Of a stretch of 39,359 nucleotides of DNA, positions 17,417 to 26,805 are shown one piece after another; within the stretch, counting starts at the first letter, position 1; each line of letters begins with the position of its first letter. The notes under the pieces are model-generated. The model did not search any database. It was not told the origin of the DNA and saw nothing but the letters and a program-made list of their open reading frames with translations. Source of the DNA: a virus (lineage: Duplodnaviria > Heunggongvirae > Uroviricota > Caudoviricetes); IMG/VR virus record IMGVR_UViG_2563366943_000021; one strand, 5' to 3'. The position numbers and the translations under genes are program-made.

Positions 17417-19887
17417 CAGAACCCACCAACAGTAAGGCGAGGAATAACGGCAAGAACAGACAGCGGCAACGGATCAAGCTGACGGATTTTTACACGTCCG
17501 TTTTTGCCCCAGTTACTGTCCAGTTTCACTTCTACTTTTCCGGTAGCATCATCAACAGGATCATCGTAGAACTCGAATTCACGCTGTGGATATTCGTACC
17601 ATTTACCGCCGGGCGTAGTCGCCCAGATGCCGCGACTGGCATTCACAACCAGAGTAACGGACGGGATCACCTGTTTTTTGTCCAGCAGCGTTTCCTGTCC
17701 GTTAATGTTGATATCCAGTGTTTCGAATTCAGCAGTTATTGGCAGGCCGATGTGCACTACAGCCCCCGGTGATTCCAGCGTGACGGCACCTCCGGAAACC
17801 ACTTTCTGTGGTTCCACGTTCGCATCAGAGAGAATGTTTACGGTCTGGCCTTCAAGATGAGACAGGCCTCCAAATGTCCGGCGCGCCATCTGCCAGTTCG
17901 TGGTGGCCACATTCCTGAGGGATGGCGGGACGTTCCTGTTAGGACGAACCACTACAGCGGTATTGCTGGTTACAGAAATAATGTCGCAACGTAATTCTTT
18001 TGACACTTCATCGCCAGTATCAGGATCAGTTCCGGTATAAGGGAATTGTAGTTGCGCACCGACATCACTACTGGTGAAGTACGCACCACCAGAAATACTG
18101 ATTGTATATTCCGCGCGGTAATCCCATTCACCAGAACCACCAGTGATGGTCATCGTTCTGTCAGACGTATTTCTTCCATCATAGCTAAGGCCAGAATCAA
18201 CAAAGAAAGCATCTTCATCGCTGGTAAATAAACGGCTGGACAGTCGCTCGATGTATCTCACTGTTTGCCCGTTAACGGTTCGGTTAACGACGAAATACAC
18301 CGCATCTTCATTTCCTTCGCTGATACTGCATGTGCTTTCATATTTTCCGGTACTGGATTGTGGTGCCCATGCAAAAACCTGCTGATCACGCAAATAGGTC
18401 ATCACCAGTAATTTACCGTCATCACGAATGCAGAAGGCGCTGGAGTAAGGGACAATAGAGAAGCACCAGTCAACAATACTGTGCTTCTGAAAAAGATGAT
18501 TGGCAAGGATGGTCAGGTCGTTCCCCTGATAGCCGTCAACATCGAATGAGTAGGCCAGATCACGGACAACACTGCCTTTCTCCTGGACGAACAGAGCAAT
18601 ATTCGCCACGGCAATTGGTGGGACATTGCTCGAGCCATTTGATCCCTGAGAGCTGAATGCAAATGATGATGGGGTAAGCACTTTGTTCTGGTCGCCAGTG
18701 ATGACGTACTCACCTCCGGAAGTCAGCGCCACCAGCGAACCAACATCAATCAGGTGACGGATCTCATTAACCTGACGCCCGGCATAGGTGTAGATAATTC
18801 TGTCGTCATCCTGCGTAGGATTGCTTTTGCCAAAATCCTTATAATCCCCGGTACGGCTGGCCCAGATAGTCTGAGGAAACGCAGTCGATGCGGCGAAGTA
18901 AAGACGTTGTTGATAATAAACAACAGTGCCAGGATAACCATTAACACTGTTCCAGGCATATTTAGCCCATTTATAGCTGGCATTATCCTCGCCAACTACC
19001 TGCGAAGGGATATAGGAAATCACCTCGGCAGTTGCAGTAGTTCCATTTGCAGCAGTGATACGGGCAATGCCAAAACCACTGTGCAGATATTCCCACTCAA
19101 TGCCAGTATCATCATCACCGGATCCGCCCCAGCCATCCCATGATGTGCCTTCTGTATGCGAAGGGCGCAAAGTACCTGTTTTGCCTGCTTTAACGGCGCG
19201 ATAGTAGTTACTGTCTGCTCGGCGAATATCGCCAATCGACGTACTCTTACTGGTTTCCCATACCGGCACAGAATCCACTGCAGGCTGTTCCAGATAGAAC
19301 AATTTGCCTACCTGCTCCGCGCCAAAAATAGAGGCGCTTGCCGTTAGCGTAATTGTCCCGGTGCTGGCGCTGGCATAAACCGTCACTGACTCGTCAATAT
19401 TGATATCTTCAAATGGCCCGTTCTTCGTTACCACATCAACCAGTTGCCAGTTGTCATGCGCATAGCGGCGCAACTCTTTCGGCGGGTATGCCGGATGAAC
19501 CAGCGTAAGCACGTCTGCGCTTTGCGTGAATTTAATTCGGAACAGATCGGCTTCAGTATATGGCGTGGAAATTTCATAAATAACATTGCTGCTGTTCAGC
19601 ACCAACGCACCATCTTTGATAACGCGCATGTACTGGTGTCCGAACTCCAGAGCATAAGTCTGAACCGTCGAGAACTGGAACGGGATCAGGCGGCATTTCC
19701 GATTTGGATATTTGGCGGCACCGACAAAACGCGTACCAGGTCGATTCTCAACGCCGCCATACTGCCGCACGATAAAGTTATCGCACTTGCGCAATGCCAC
19801 CTGGTACTTCGCCATGTCGATACGTCCGTACAACGACGGTCCAATCTCACCACCAGCAAAGCTGGGCTGGATCCAACTGATAGCCAT
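17416..19887 (-). CDS. Tail tubular protein B-like (nozzle), T7 gp12-like
   Basis: 823 aa; N-terminal ISWIQPSFAGGEIGPSL resembles start of T7-group tail tubular B (recalled); follows tubular A-like gene. Confidence 0.6.
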   Translation of the reverse strand: MAISWIQPSFAGGEIGPSLYGRIDMAKYQVALRKCDNFIVRQYGGVENRPGTRFVGAAKYPNRKCRLIPFQFSTVQTYALEFGHQYMRVIKDGALVLNSSNVIYEISTPYTEADLFRIKFTQSADVLTLVHPAYPPKELRRYAHDNWQLVDVVTKNGPFEDINIDESVTVYASASTGTITLTASASIFGAEQVGKLFYLEQPAVDSVPVWETSKSTSIGDIRRADSNYYRAVKAGKTGTLRPSHTEGTSWDGWGGSGDDDTGIEWEYLHSGFGIARITAANGTTATAEVISYIPSQVVGEDNASYKWAKYAWNSVNGYPGTVVYYQQRLYFAASTAFPQTIWASRTGDYKDFGKSNPTQDDDRIIYTYAGRQVNEIRHLIDVGSLVALTSGGEYVITGDQNKVLTPSSFAFSSQGSNGSSNVPPIAVANIALFVQEKGSVVRDLAYSFDVDGYQGNDLTILANHLFQKHSIVDWCFSIVPYSSAFCIRDDGKLLVMTYLRDQQVFAWAPQSSTGKYESTCSISEGNEDAVYFVVNRTVNGQTVRYIERLSSRLFTSDEDAFFVDSGLSYDGRNTSDRTMTITGGSGEWDYRAEYTISISGGAYFTSSDVGAQLQFPYTGTDPDTGDEVSKELRCDIISVTSNTAVVVRPNRNVPPSLRNVATTNWQMARRTFGGLSHLEGQTVNILSDANVEPQKVVSGGAVTLESPGAVVHIGLPITAEFETLDININGQETLLDKKQVIPSVTLVVNASRGIWATTPGGKWYEYPQREFEFYDDPVDDATGKVEVKLDSNWGKNGRVKIRQLDPLPLSVLAVIPRLTVGGF

Positions 19888-20495
19888 CAGGACAACCTCG
19901 CAATGGTAAACTCGTCAACCGGTGGCTGTGGTTCCTGTGATTCATTCTGGCTATGCGAGCCAGCACTAAGAATCACGCGATTGTACATATTGAGGGCAAA
20001 CGTACCGAGGTCTGCATTCCCAGTCAGCGCCATGTTAATAGCTGCCGCAAGACGCCAGGCCAGCGCCTCCATAAAAATGGCATCAAACATGTTCACATCT
20101 GTAACGCGAGAGACATACTTGAGCCATGCCTGAGGCTGGTCTGTGTAGATCAACTTTCCTGTTCCGTTGGTGTCTGCACCAACTTCGTACTGAACGCGCA
20201 TTGCTGCTGTTGGATTGCGTACACCAGGAAGCATAATTTCAGTAATGCGCAGACAATCTGACGGGTACTGGTACGCATATTCCCAGTCAGGCGGTGGATT
20301 GCTCGTATCTGCAAGCGCCACGCGTTTGGTAGCAAAGTTCCAGTCAAAATCAGAAAGCACAGCATCACGGCAGGCCTCAAAGTGCAGCGAACATTCCCCC
20401 GCTTCCTTGCTGGCTTCCGTCAGGCTGTTAATGCTGCGGCTGTTGCCAATATTGGACAGCGCACGATTACAGATCTCTACTACAGAGGACATCAC
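19887..20495 (-). CDS. Tail tubular protein A-like (adaptor), T7 gp11-like
   Basis: 202 aa; position between head genes and tubular B; weak recalled similarity. Confidence 0.5.
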   Translation of the reverse strand: MMSSVVEICNRALSNIGNSRSINSLTEASKEAGECSLHFEACRDAVLSDFDWNFATKRVALADTSNPPPDWEYAYQYPSDCLRITEIMLPGVRNPTAAMRVQYEVGADTNGTGKLIYTDQPQAWLKYVSRVTDVNMFDAIFMEALAWRLAAAINMALTGNADLGTFALNMYNRVILSAGSHSQNESQEPQPPVDEFTIARLS

Positions 20496-20821
20496 TCACC
20501 TCCGTTACCGTACAGAGTTTCCGCCGCTGATTTTTCTACATCCCCGGAAACAGGAGCGATCGCCATATCAGTGATCTGCAGATCGGCGCTGCGATTAACG
20601 CCATCGTCAGTTTCTCTGGCAGACAGGCCTCGAATAACAGCCTTTGCAGTTATCATCACTTCTGTTCCGACGCCCTGAGGTTGCGCCTTCAGCTTATTCA
20701 ATGAGTCGTTATTCAGCGTGATGCACAGCCCCCACGGGTATTCATCGCGAGTTCTGGTTTCTCCGCTCTCATCCTGGTAGCTGTCAGTGCCGGTTTTGAG
20801 GTTTACGAGTTCCATATACAC
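20492..20821 (-). CDS. Hypothetical structural protein (109 aa)
   Basis: RBS AGGAG; position in late operon. Confidence 0.5.
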   Translation of the reverse strand: MYMELVNLKTGTDSYQDESGETRTRDEYPWGLCITLNNDSLNKLKAQPQGVGTEVMITAKAVIRGLSARETDDGVNRSADLQITDMAIAPVSGDVEKSAAETLYGNGGE

Positions 20822-20822
20822 T

Positions 20823-20849
20823 CCTGCAATAAAGGGGCCGAAGCCCCTT
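20823..20849 (-). terminator. Intra-operon hairpin / partial terminator
   Basis: Stem AAGGGGC / GCCCCTT, loop CGAA, followed by TTTATT on the minus strand. Confidence 0.35.
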
Positions 20850-20865
20850 GTCTGATCCGCGAGGC

Positions 20866-21201
20866 TTACACGCCCAGTTCTTTACGCTTATCTGCGATCT
20901 TCTCGCGGAGCGTTTCTGCTTTGGCGTTATGGTGTGGCTTCTCGTTAAAGAGCAATTCGTACTCTTCACGGAGCTTATCCAGTTCACCATCATCTGACAC
21001 ATCGTTGATGATTTTGGTGCTGGTTGCTGCCATTGACACCTTTCCTGCAACTTTTGCTTTTGCCTGTCTGGCTGCATCGTTAACAGGTTCCAGTGCGCTA
21101 CCAGGCTCACCTTCGTATTCGATTTCTGCCCCCTCCGGCCACAGAGTGTTATGGATATGAGAGAGGCGCAGAACGCGGTATCTTGGTTTCTCACCTGACA
21201 T
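20866..21201 (-). CDS. Hypothetical structural protein (about 111 aa)
   Basis: Start set at ATG 21201 with RBS AAGGTGA (tracked start is GTG 21210). Confidence 0.5.
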   Translation of the reverse strand: MSGEKPRYRVLRLSHIHNTLWPEGAEIEYEGEPGSALEPVNDAARQAKAKVAGKVSMAATSTKIINDVSDDGELDKLREEYELLFNEKPHHNAKAETLREKIADKRKELGV

Positions 21202-21211
21202 CAATATCACC

Positions 21212-21649
21212 TTAACCAGTTACTTTTGAGCGGATCGGATACGGCGTATTGGCATCAACATCAAGATTGATACCCGCAGTGAATTTGCCAGCCGTTAGTG
21301 GGCCAGTTGCGACGGAGTAGTTAACACGCAGATATCGCTGAACACCGGCTGGCACCTTTGCAGAAACAACTCGCTTACCTGCTGTCAGGGTGGCCTTTGC
21401 CAGTGCGCCACTATCATAAATAGTGGACCATGAGCTGTTATTCTCACTCGTCTGCAACTGGATGTTTACAGTTGCCTCACCACTTGCCGTGGCGGCTTCG
21501 TTAACCAGCACCCAAAACTCAAGCGGATAACCCACGCCGATATCGCGACGGTTTCCATCAATTGGACCGAGATCGATTACGTCAGTAGAAGCCGCGGTAT
21601 TCGTAACCGCCTGAGCTTCGGAGAACATCAACAGTTTGTCGGTGATCAT
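21212..21649 (-). CDS. Putative capsid decoration / head accessory protein (145 aa)
   Basis: Immediately downstream of major capsid gene; beta-rich Thr/Ser/Ala composition; assignment by position only. Confidence 0.4.
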   Translation of the reverse strand: MITDKLLMFSEAQAVTNTAASTDVIDLGPIDGNRRDIGVGYPLEFWVLVNEAATASGEATVNIQLQTSENNSSWSTIYDSGALAKATLTAGKRVVSAKVPAGVQRYLRVNYSVATGPLTAGKFTAGINLDVDANTPYPIRSKVTG

Positions 21650-21664
21650 CTTCTTTCTCCATTA

Positions 21665-21684
21665 GTGGGCCTGTTGCGGCCCAC
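21665..21684 (-). other. Stable hairpin immediately downstream of major capsid gene
   Basis: Stem GTGGGCC / GGCCCAC with 6-nt loop; no U-run. Confidence 0.35.
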
Positions 21685-21700
21685 AGGTTAATAACAGGCG

Positions 21701-22687
21701 TTACACCACGCGGGCTTCTGTTTCCAGAAGTGCGTCAGTTTCGCGAATCGGCACACCACGAAGTTCTGTCCACCATTCGCCTTCTGTCTCTTTCACGCTG
21801 ATCGCCAGAGAACTCTTCTCCAGAGATTGCAGGTCAAGCACTTCGTTAATGGTTCTGTTCATGTAGAAAATAGGACGTCCCATCCCACGATTTGGGATTC
21901 GATGAAGGGCACGAATCATCAGTTTTGCGATATTCGCAGCAGTAGAAGGAGCGTCAAGATTGCTGACATCGATGTTTGCAATGCGAACAACATAGCGCCA
22001 GTCACGCAATGTCAGCCCGTTGTCCCACTTATAATGGGTACGATAACCTTCGTACTTGCCGCCATTAGCATCTTCCAGTGTCACCTGGCCTTTATCTTCC
22101 ATCTGGATGCCAGCCTTCTGCCCTTTCGGGAAGATGCCATGCACGGTGTTTTCGCCCCACACCACTAACCAGATTGAAGTGTTATCTGTACCCGTGCCAC
22201 CAGCATCAATGATGTTCTGAGCATTACCCGCAGACAGGCTGGAATAGCGGGAGGACAGTCCCATAAACTGCTGAGGGTTAACGCTGGAATCACCGTAAAA
22301 CAGCGTCTGCGCCATCGCCTGATTCATCGCTTCAATAAATGCTCGGTCTTCAGACAGGCGGAATTCGGCAGTATTACCGTTCAGATCAGCCAGAGACTTA
22401 TCGACTTCAGCATAGGTTTCCAGCATGCCAATGGAATCAGTGACCTGCACCGTTGTTGATTTGCTCGGTTGTACGCCATAGTTCAGCAAACGCCAGGTAG
22501 CTGAAGGTAAACCAGAACGAATGGTGGTTCGGTGTCCGGTAGGAAGGTTCCCTTCGACAAAAGGCATATCCTGAAGGATCGGGTTAGTTTGACCGAGAAG
22601 CTCGATAATCTTATCGACTTTCCCGTTTGGATCGACGCGCTTACCCCAGTCAGCCAGCGTTAGCGCAGTTAAGCCTTTAACAGCCAT
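21701..22687 (-). CDS. Major capsid protein
   Basis: About 328 aa; follows scaffold gene; start set at third codon ATG for better RBS spacing (GAGAGG); recalled similarity to epsilon15-type capsid proteins. Confidence 0.75.
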   Translation of the reverse strand: MAVKGLTALTLADWGKRVDPNGKVDKIIELLGQTNPILQDMPFVEGNLPTGHRTTIRSGLPSATWRLLNYGVQPSKSTTVQVTDSIGMLETYAEVDKSLADLNGNTAEFRLSEDRAFIEAMNQAMAQTLFYGDSSVNPQQFMGLSSRYSSLSAGNAQNIIDAGGTGTDNTSIWLVVWGENTVHGIFPKGQKAGIQMEDKGQVTLEDANGGKYEGYRTHYKWDNGLTLRDWRYVVRIANIDVSNLDAPSTAANIAKLMIRALHRIPNRGMGRPIFYMNRTINEVLDLQSLEKSSLAISVKETEGEWWTELRGVPIRETDALLETEARVV

Positions 22688-22701
22688 TGTCATTTCCTCT
22701 C

Positions 22702-23403
22702 TTATTTGCCATAGAGCACTTCGGCCGCACTACGCTGGCCTTCATTACCACCGGTGACCATGCCATCTTCAGACATCGCCTTTCCGATTTTCACGAACGT
22801 TTTGACCAGATCAGGGTGATTACCCAGCCCGGTGGTGTTCAGATATTCTTTGAGTTCAGGTGTCCCGAACTGGTCAAGCGCACGCTGTGCGGCGCTAAGG
22901 TTAGAAATCAACTTGTCGCCACCGATTTCTTTGTCGGCTTTTACATCCGCAGCCCACTGCTCGGTTGTTTTCTGCCAGGCTTCTGCCTGGCGCTGCTGAA
23001 CACCTGCCAGAATCTTCGGATAAGCATCAACCAGCTTTTGCGCTTGCTCGTTGGTCAGGTTTAGTTCTCGCGCCACCGGCTCGAATTCCTTCAACGCTTC
23101 TGTATCCAGCTCTACGCCTTCGGCAGCCTGAAACTCGTACTTTTCAGGCGCACCCTCTGGTTTATCGCCGTCCTTTTTTTCATCCTGCTTATCGTTTTCA
23201 GGCTTTTTGTCATCAGCAGGTTTATCGCCATCAGCAACAGGTTGTGGCTTATCACCTTCCTGTTGTGATGGATCACCAACTGGAGCAGGGTTATCACCTG
23301 CAGGCGCTGACGGTTCTGACGCAGCCGGAGCTGCTCCACCATCGACTGGTTGCTCATTGCAAAGACGGCGATACAGCAAACGCTCAAATAAATTCATGAT
23401 CAC
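22702..23403 (-). CDS. Scaffolding protein
   Basis: 233 aa, highly acidic and Lys/Ala/Pro-rich, low complexity; between portal and capsid. Confidence 0.65.
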   Translation of the reverse strand: MIMNLFERLLYRRLCNEQPVDGGAAPAASEPSAPAGDNPAPVGDPSQQEGDKPQPVADGDKPADDKKPENDKQDEKKDGDKPEGAPEKYEFQAAEGVELDTEALKEFEPVARELNLTNEQAQKLVDAYPKILAGVQQRQAEAWQKTTEQWAADVKADKEIGGDKLISNLSAAQRALDQFGTPELKEYLNTTGLGNHPDLVKTFVKIGKAMSEDGMVTGGNEGQRSAAEVLYGK

Positions 23404-23696
23404 TCCTGTTCACTGGCCTCTTTGGCCATCTTCAAATACTGTTCAGGGCAATGCGCCATAACGCGCTGAAACAGTTCCAGCGCCAGATTGCGTTGCCCCT
23501 CATTAAATGCCATTGCCATAGCATCCATCGGAGAGATAGCGGAAAACACCCGGCCTTTCTCCAGCACCGACCAGACAACGCGACGCCCCTGTTCACTGCT
23601 CATGACAAAGCGAATGTCATCAATTTCACGCTGTGCCATGTCACGTTGCTTACGGGCGTTTTCTTCTTTCAGTTGATCGTCTTCGTAATCTGTCAT
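23400..23696 (-). CDS. Hypothetical protein (98 aa) between portal and scaffold
   Basis: ATGA-type overlaps on both sides. Confidence 0.5.
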   Translation of the reverse strand: MTDYEDDQLKEENARKQRDMAQREIDDIRFVMSSEQGRRVVWSVLEKGRVFSAISPMDAMAMAFNEGQRNLALELFQRVMAHCPEQYLKMAKEASEQE

Positions 23697-25372
23697 TGTG
23701 ATTGCCCACCCTGACCACTAACTGCATTCGCCATAGCTGACAAAACACTCGGATCCGAAGTTTTAGCTTCGCTTAGCGTCTTGGCACCCTGTGCCGCCGC
23801 CATCCCCATCGCCATCATTTGTTGCTGCTGTTGTTGCTGTGCCCGTTGCTGGCGAGCCTGCTCAACCTGTTCCTGCGGAACAATGACGGTTGGAGACACT
23901 CCGGACATATCAGCGAATGCATCGATCGCCTGATCAACGTTGAGTTTGTCGAGAGCTTCTGGTTTCGCTTGCGCAAGTTGACCAATGAAGTTAACCGTGG
24001 ACGCCAGACTGGACAGGCCGATAGACTTCTGCGCCTGAGCCATGACGGAAATGTATTCGACCTTCAGGGGCATACCTTCCATCACGTCTGGCGGTGGCGG
24101 CAGCATGTTTTTACGCACCATCATCGAGAAAGCGCGGTCAATGAGAGGATTAAGACATTCGTCGTTCAGACGCTCCAGAACCGGCCCCAACATCAGAAGT
24201 TTTTCTTCTTTCATTTCGATCACCGCTTCAACAGGCATCGAGCGGGTATTGATGTTCTGCAACATCATGAACAGATCGACAAAGTAGGCGCTGTTAATGA
24301 TTTGACGGGTGTCCTGAATGTCTGCCACCAAATCTGCTGTACTGGGGTTAACCAGATAAGCAGGCCTGAAACCATCCTGACCAGTAATCTGATCGATATA
24401 CGTGATGTCGCCAGGAAGAAGGGAGGCACGCTGATTCTTGAGGGAAGTCGGAGCAACCATCGGCGGATTGGTGGCTTTATCAATCAACTGCGACTTGCGC
24501 TTCTGGAGAAGCTGCAATGCCTTAACAGGTCCAAGCGCCAGCATACCCGGGCATGATGATCCATAAACATCTTCGCCGTTAACTTCCCAGCGCGGAGCCA
24601 TAATTGGAAACTCATCGAATCCGGACTCACGCAACAACTTGTCGTTATCGCCACCAACCTCGTAATAAACCGATTTGAATGGCTTGTTCTTGCTATCCAG
24701 CTTCGATGTATCGCGGTCAATGTTCGGGTAAACCGAATGCATCACTTCAATCCACTTCTCGTAGGTGCCGCTTTCCCACATGCTTTTTACGGATTCGCTG
24801 ACGTTATTTAGCCCGAACTCCTGAACAAGCTGACGAACAGTCATAGAGAACTTGCGAAAACAGGTGTCCACACTGCCACGAGGTGAGTTAGCCAGGTAGT
24901 AACTGCCTATCGGGAATGGCATTGTGCGAATGATGTCCTCGTCATCCTCCAGCACCGCCATTGCACCAGTGCTGTATGTGCCGAGGCTTCCGTATAACTG
25001 CGGAAGAGACTGGTAGAGATTCGACTTATTGAACATATCGTTCATGCGGTTCTGCACCGCCTCAAGCCACAACTTAACAGGGCCATAATCCATCATTTCA
25101 GGATCTGGCGTAGCCAGGCGAAACCACGGACGCGCGGGGCTTGTGATGCCTGACATCATGCCGCTGGCGAGAGTGCGCGCCGCCATAGTCCCGGTCGAAT
25201 CAATAATGCGTGTATTGCGTCGATCGTTACGGTTGACCTCAGAAGTCAGAAAGCGGGAACCACGCGGGTTGATGTAATCACTCAACTCGCGCCAGTGCGG
25301 CTCGAACGACTGACGCTCGCTTTCAAGTTGTGCGAACTGTTTGTTCAATCGCTCTTTAGTTGTTTCCGCCAT
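23693..25372 (-). CDS. Portal (head-to-tail connector) protein, T7 gp8-like
   Basis: 559 aa; Gln-rich C-terminus QQQQQQMMAMGMAAAQGA resembles T7 connector C-terminus (recalled); RBS GGAG; follows terminase region. Confidence 0.8.
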   Translation of the reverse strand: MAETTKERLNKQFAQLESERQSFEPHWRELSDYINPRGSRFLTSEVNRNDRRNTRIIDSTGTMAARTLASGMMSGITSPARPWFRLATPDPEMMDYGPVKLWLEAVQNRMNDMFNKSNLYQSLPQLYGSLGTYSTGAMAVLEDDEDIIRTMPFPIGSYYLANSPRGSVDTCFRKFSMTVRQLVQEFGLNNVSESVKSMWESGTYEKWIEVMHSVYPNIDRDTSKLDSKNKPFKSVYYEVGGDNDKLLRESGFDEFPIMAPRWEVNGEDVYGSSCPGMLALGPVKALQLLQKRKSQLIDKATNPPMVAPTSLKNQRASLLPGDITYIDQITGQDGFRPAYLVNPSTADLVADIQDTRQIINSAYFVDLFMMLQNINTRSMPVEAVIEMKEEKLLMLGPVLERLNDECLNPLIDRAFSMMVRKNMLPPPPDVMEGMPLKVEYISVMAQAQKSIGLSSLASTVNFIGQLAQAKPEALDKLNVDQAIDAFADMSGVSPTVIVPQEQVEQARQQRAQQQQQQQMMAMGMAAAQGAKTLSEAKTSDPSVLSAMANAVSGQGGQSQ

Positions 25373-25386
25373 TTCAATGACTCCGG

Positions 25387-25593
25387 TTACTGACCAAGCA
25401 GCGTTTTACCGCTGGTATTAGCGGTTGATGTGTCGCCCTGAGAACCGGTAAGCAGCGTAGAACTACGACCAGCAGCAGCGCGACGGCGACGAGTTTCTTC
25501 GTCGCGGGCATCAACAACGGCGGCATCCTGCTCCTGTGGTGCTGCCTGAACTTCTGGTGTTGCAGGCACTGATGGTGAGCTACCCATGCACAT
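25387..25593 (-). CDS. Hypothetical protein (68 aa) upstream of portal
   Basis: RBS GGAG; translation-initiation region GGAGTCATTGATATG nearly identical to that of portal. Confidence 0.4.
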   Translation of the reverse strand: MCMGSSPSVPATPEVQAAPQEQDAAVVDARDEETRRRRAAAGRSSTLLTGSQGDTSTANTSGKTLLGQ

Positions 25594-25683
25594 ATCAATG
25601 ACTCCGTACGCAATTAAATTATTACCAATTTAACCACATATGATTTATTTATCGTAGGTAGTTGACATTTAACGCACAAATTA

Positions 25684-25698
25684 TTACCTTTCAGGTAA
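25684..25698. promoter_or_regulatory. Operator site TTACC-TTTCA-GGTAA, with TTGACA hexamer 17 bp upstream
   Basis: Perfect inverted repeat at the upstream edge of the plus-strand tRNA moron. Confidence 0.55.
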
Positions 25699-26020
25699 CC
25701 AAAGAGTTCATTCCGGTTACTAACCTGACTGGCTTGTCGTTAAATTGAACAGGTGGAGTGAGCTTTTATTTTGAGCAGTACGGCGTATGGCACATGCGCC
25801 GATAGCGGTCTGGATACGTTTAAGGGGCACCCTCCTTTGCTCGGGCAAACGAACCAGGTAGCCGGAATGTGCAAGTCGAGCGGTTTTATTCCGCGCACGG
25901 GGATTCACCATCCCGGCGATTCGGTGTGACGCCTCGGAAGAGACGAGGGTACAACGATGAGAGCATTTATGGAGCCGCGACAAAGTGTGGCGCCTTAACA
26001 GGCTAAGTGCTCTCAGCGTT

Positions 26021-26097
26021 GTGGCATTAGCTCAGCTGGACAGAGCAACCGCCTTCTAAGCGGTTGGTCGCAGGTTCGAATCCTGCATGCCACGCCA
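26021..26097 (+). tRNA. tRNA-Arg (anticodon UCU)
   Basis: Hand-folded cloverleaf: 7-bp acceptor stem GTGGCAT/ATGCCAC, D-arm GCTC..GAGC, anticodon stem ACCGC/GCGGT with loop CTTCTAA (anticodon TCT), T-arm GCAGGTTCGAATCCTGC, discriminator G, encoded CCA. Confidence 0.8.
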
Positions 26098-26140
26098 GAA
26101 TCACGCCTAAGGACCGTGATGCCAGAAGTTCCAGGTGCTT

Positions 26141-26183
26141 GGCGGTGATGGTTTCCCTTGAAGAACTATCACCGCCCTTTTTA
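26141..26183 (+). terminator. Rho-independent terminator downstream of tRNA
   Basis: Stem GGCGGTGAT / ATCACCGCC with 17-nt loop, followed by CTTTTTAC. Confidence 0.5.
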
Positions 26184-26260
26184 CAGCAGGACGCCATTGC
26201 GATGACTTCATGCTGTAAACCAGTACAGCCACGGAAGGCATAACTCATTGCTTCCAGTTC

Positions 26261-26284
26261 GCCCGGGTCGCCGGGCATTTTTTT
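26261..26284 (+). terminator. Second rho-independent terminator, 12 nt upstream of the 139-aa ORF
   Basis: Stem GCCCGG / CCGGGC followed by 7 T. Confidence 0.5.
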
Positions 26285-26295
26285 AAGGTGAGATC

Positions 26296-26715
26296 ATGAA
26301 AACAATTGATATGTTGGCTAAGTATCTAAATGAATGGCCATTAAAATATTCTCGTATCGTTCAGGCTGAAGACTGCGTTTTTTATGGCGTTTTTGCTGGT
26401 AATGAAATGCATTACGAAGTAATTCAGAGTGAGGGACTGGCCGGGTTAACTCTTAGCGAAGACCATGGTACTAGCGTTACGTTCCATGACTGGATAACAG
26501 CACAACGTTCTGAAATGGAAAAAGGCGATGTGTTTGATATTTCTCGCGCTGTTTACGCTAAAGCAAAAAGTGATAATGATTACATGAGCGAACACTTATA
26601 CAACATGAAGTTACAATGCCTGCATGCGGCGCTTATTCAGAATGGGCACTTCGATAAAACAAGTGCCATCAATATTGCGGAAGCCATCAACGCTGGATTT
26701 GATGCCATTAAGTAA
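26296..26715 (+). CDS. Hypothetical cytoplasmic protein (139 aa), moron antisense to the late operon
   Basis: RBS AAGGTGAG; no TM or signal peptide; no family recognised. Confidence 0.55.
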   Translation: MKTIDMLAKYLNEWPLKYSRIVQAEDCVFYGVFAGNEMHYEVIQSEGLAGLTLSEDHGTSVTFHDWITAQRSEMEKGDVFDISRAVYAKAKSDNDYMSEHLYNMKLQCLHAALIQNGHFDKTSAINIAEAINAGFDAIK

Positions 26716-26719
26716 CACC

Positions 26720-26731
26720 GTGACATGTCAC
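26720..26731. repeat. 12-bp perfect palindrome GTGACATGTCAC (copy 2 of 3)
   Basis: Directly after the 139-aa ORF stop and before a terminator. Confidence 0.7.
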
Positions 26732-26735
26732 AAAC

Positions 26736-26762
26736 AGCCAGCCGATGAGCTGGCTTTGTTTT
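26736..26762 (+). terminator. Rho-independent terminator closing the plus-strand moron
   Basis: Stem AGCCAGC / GCTGGCT, loop CGATGA, then TTGTTTT. Confidence 0.6.
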
Positions 26763-26805
26763 ATCCTCATCAGAGGATATCAACGACATTATCCCCACTA
26801 GCGGA

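Noticed and set aside
21701-25372. Identity as a P22-like prophage such as CUS-3, suggested by the endosialidase-type tailspike
   Set aside because: Portal (559 aa) and capsid (about 330 aa) are far smaller than P22-type proteins and resemble T7/epsilon15-type proteins; only the tailspike specificity is shared.
25720-25983. Minus-strand 87-aa Arg-rich ORF in the leader upstream of the tRNA
   Set aside because: Implausible composition and no RBS; the region is more likely non-coding RNA or regulatory DNA.
26027-26278. Minus-strand 83-aa ORF overlapping the tRNA-Arg
   Set aside because: Overlaps a well-folded tRNA and two terminator hairpins; no RBS; spurious.
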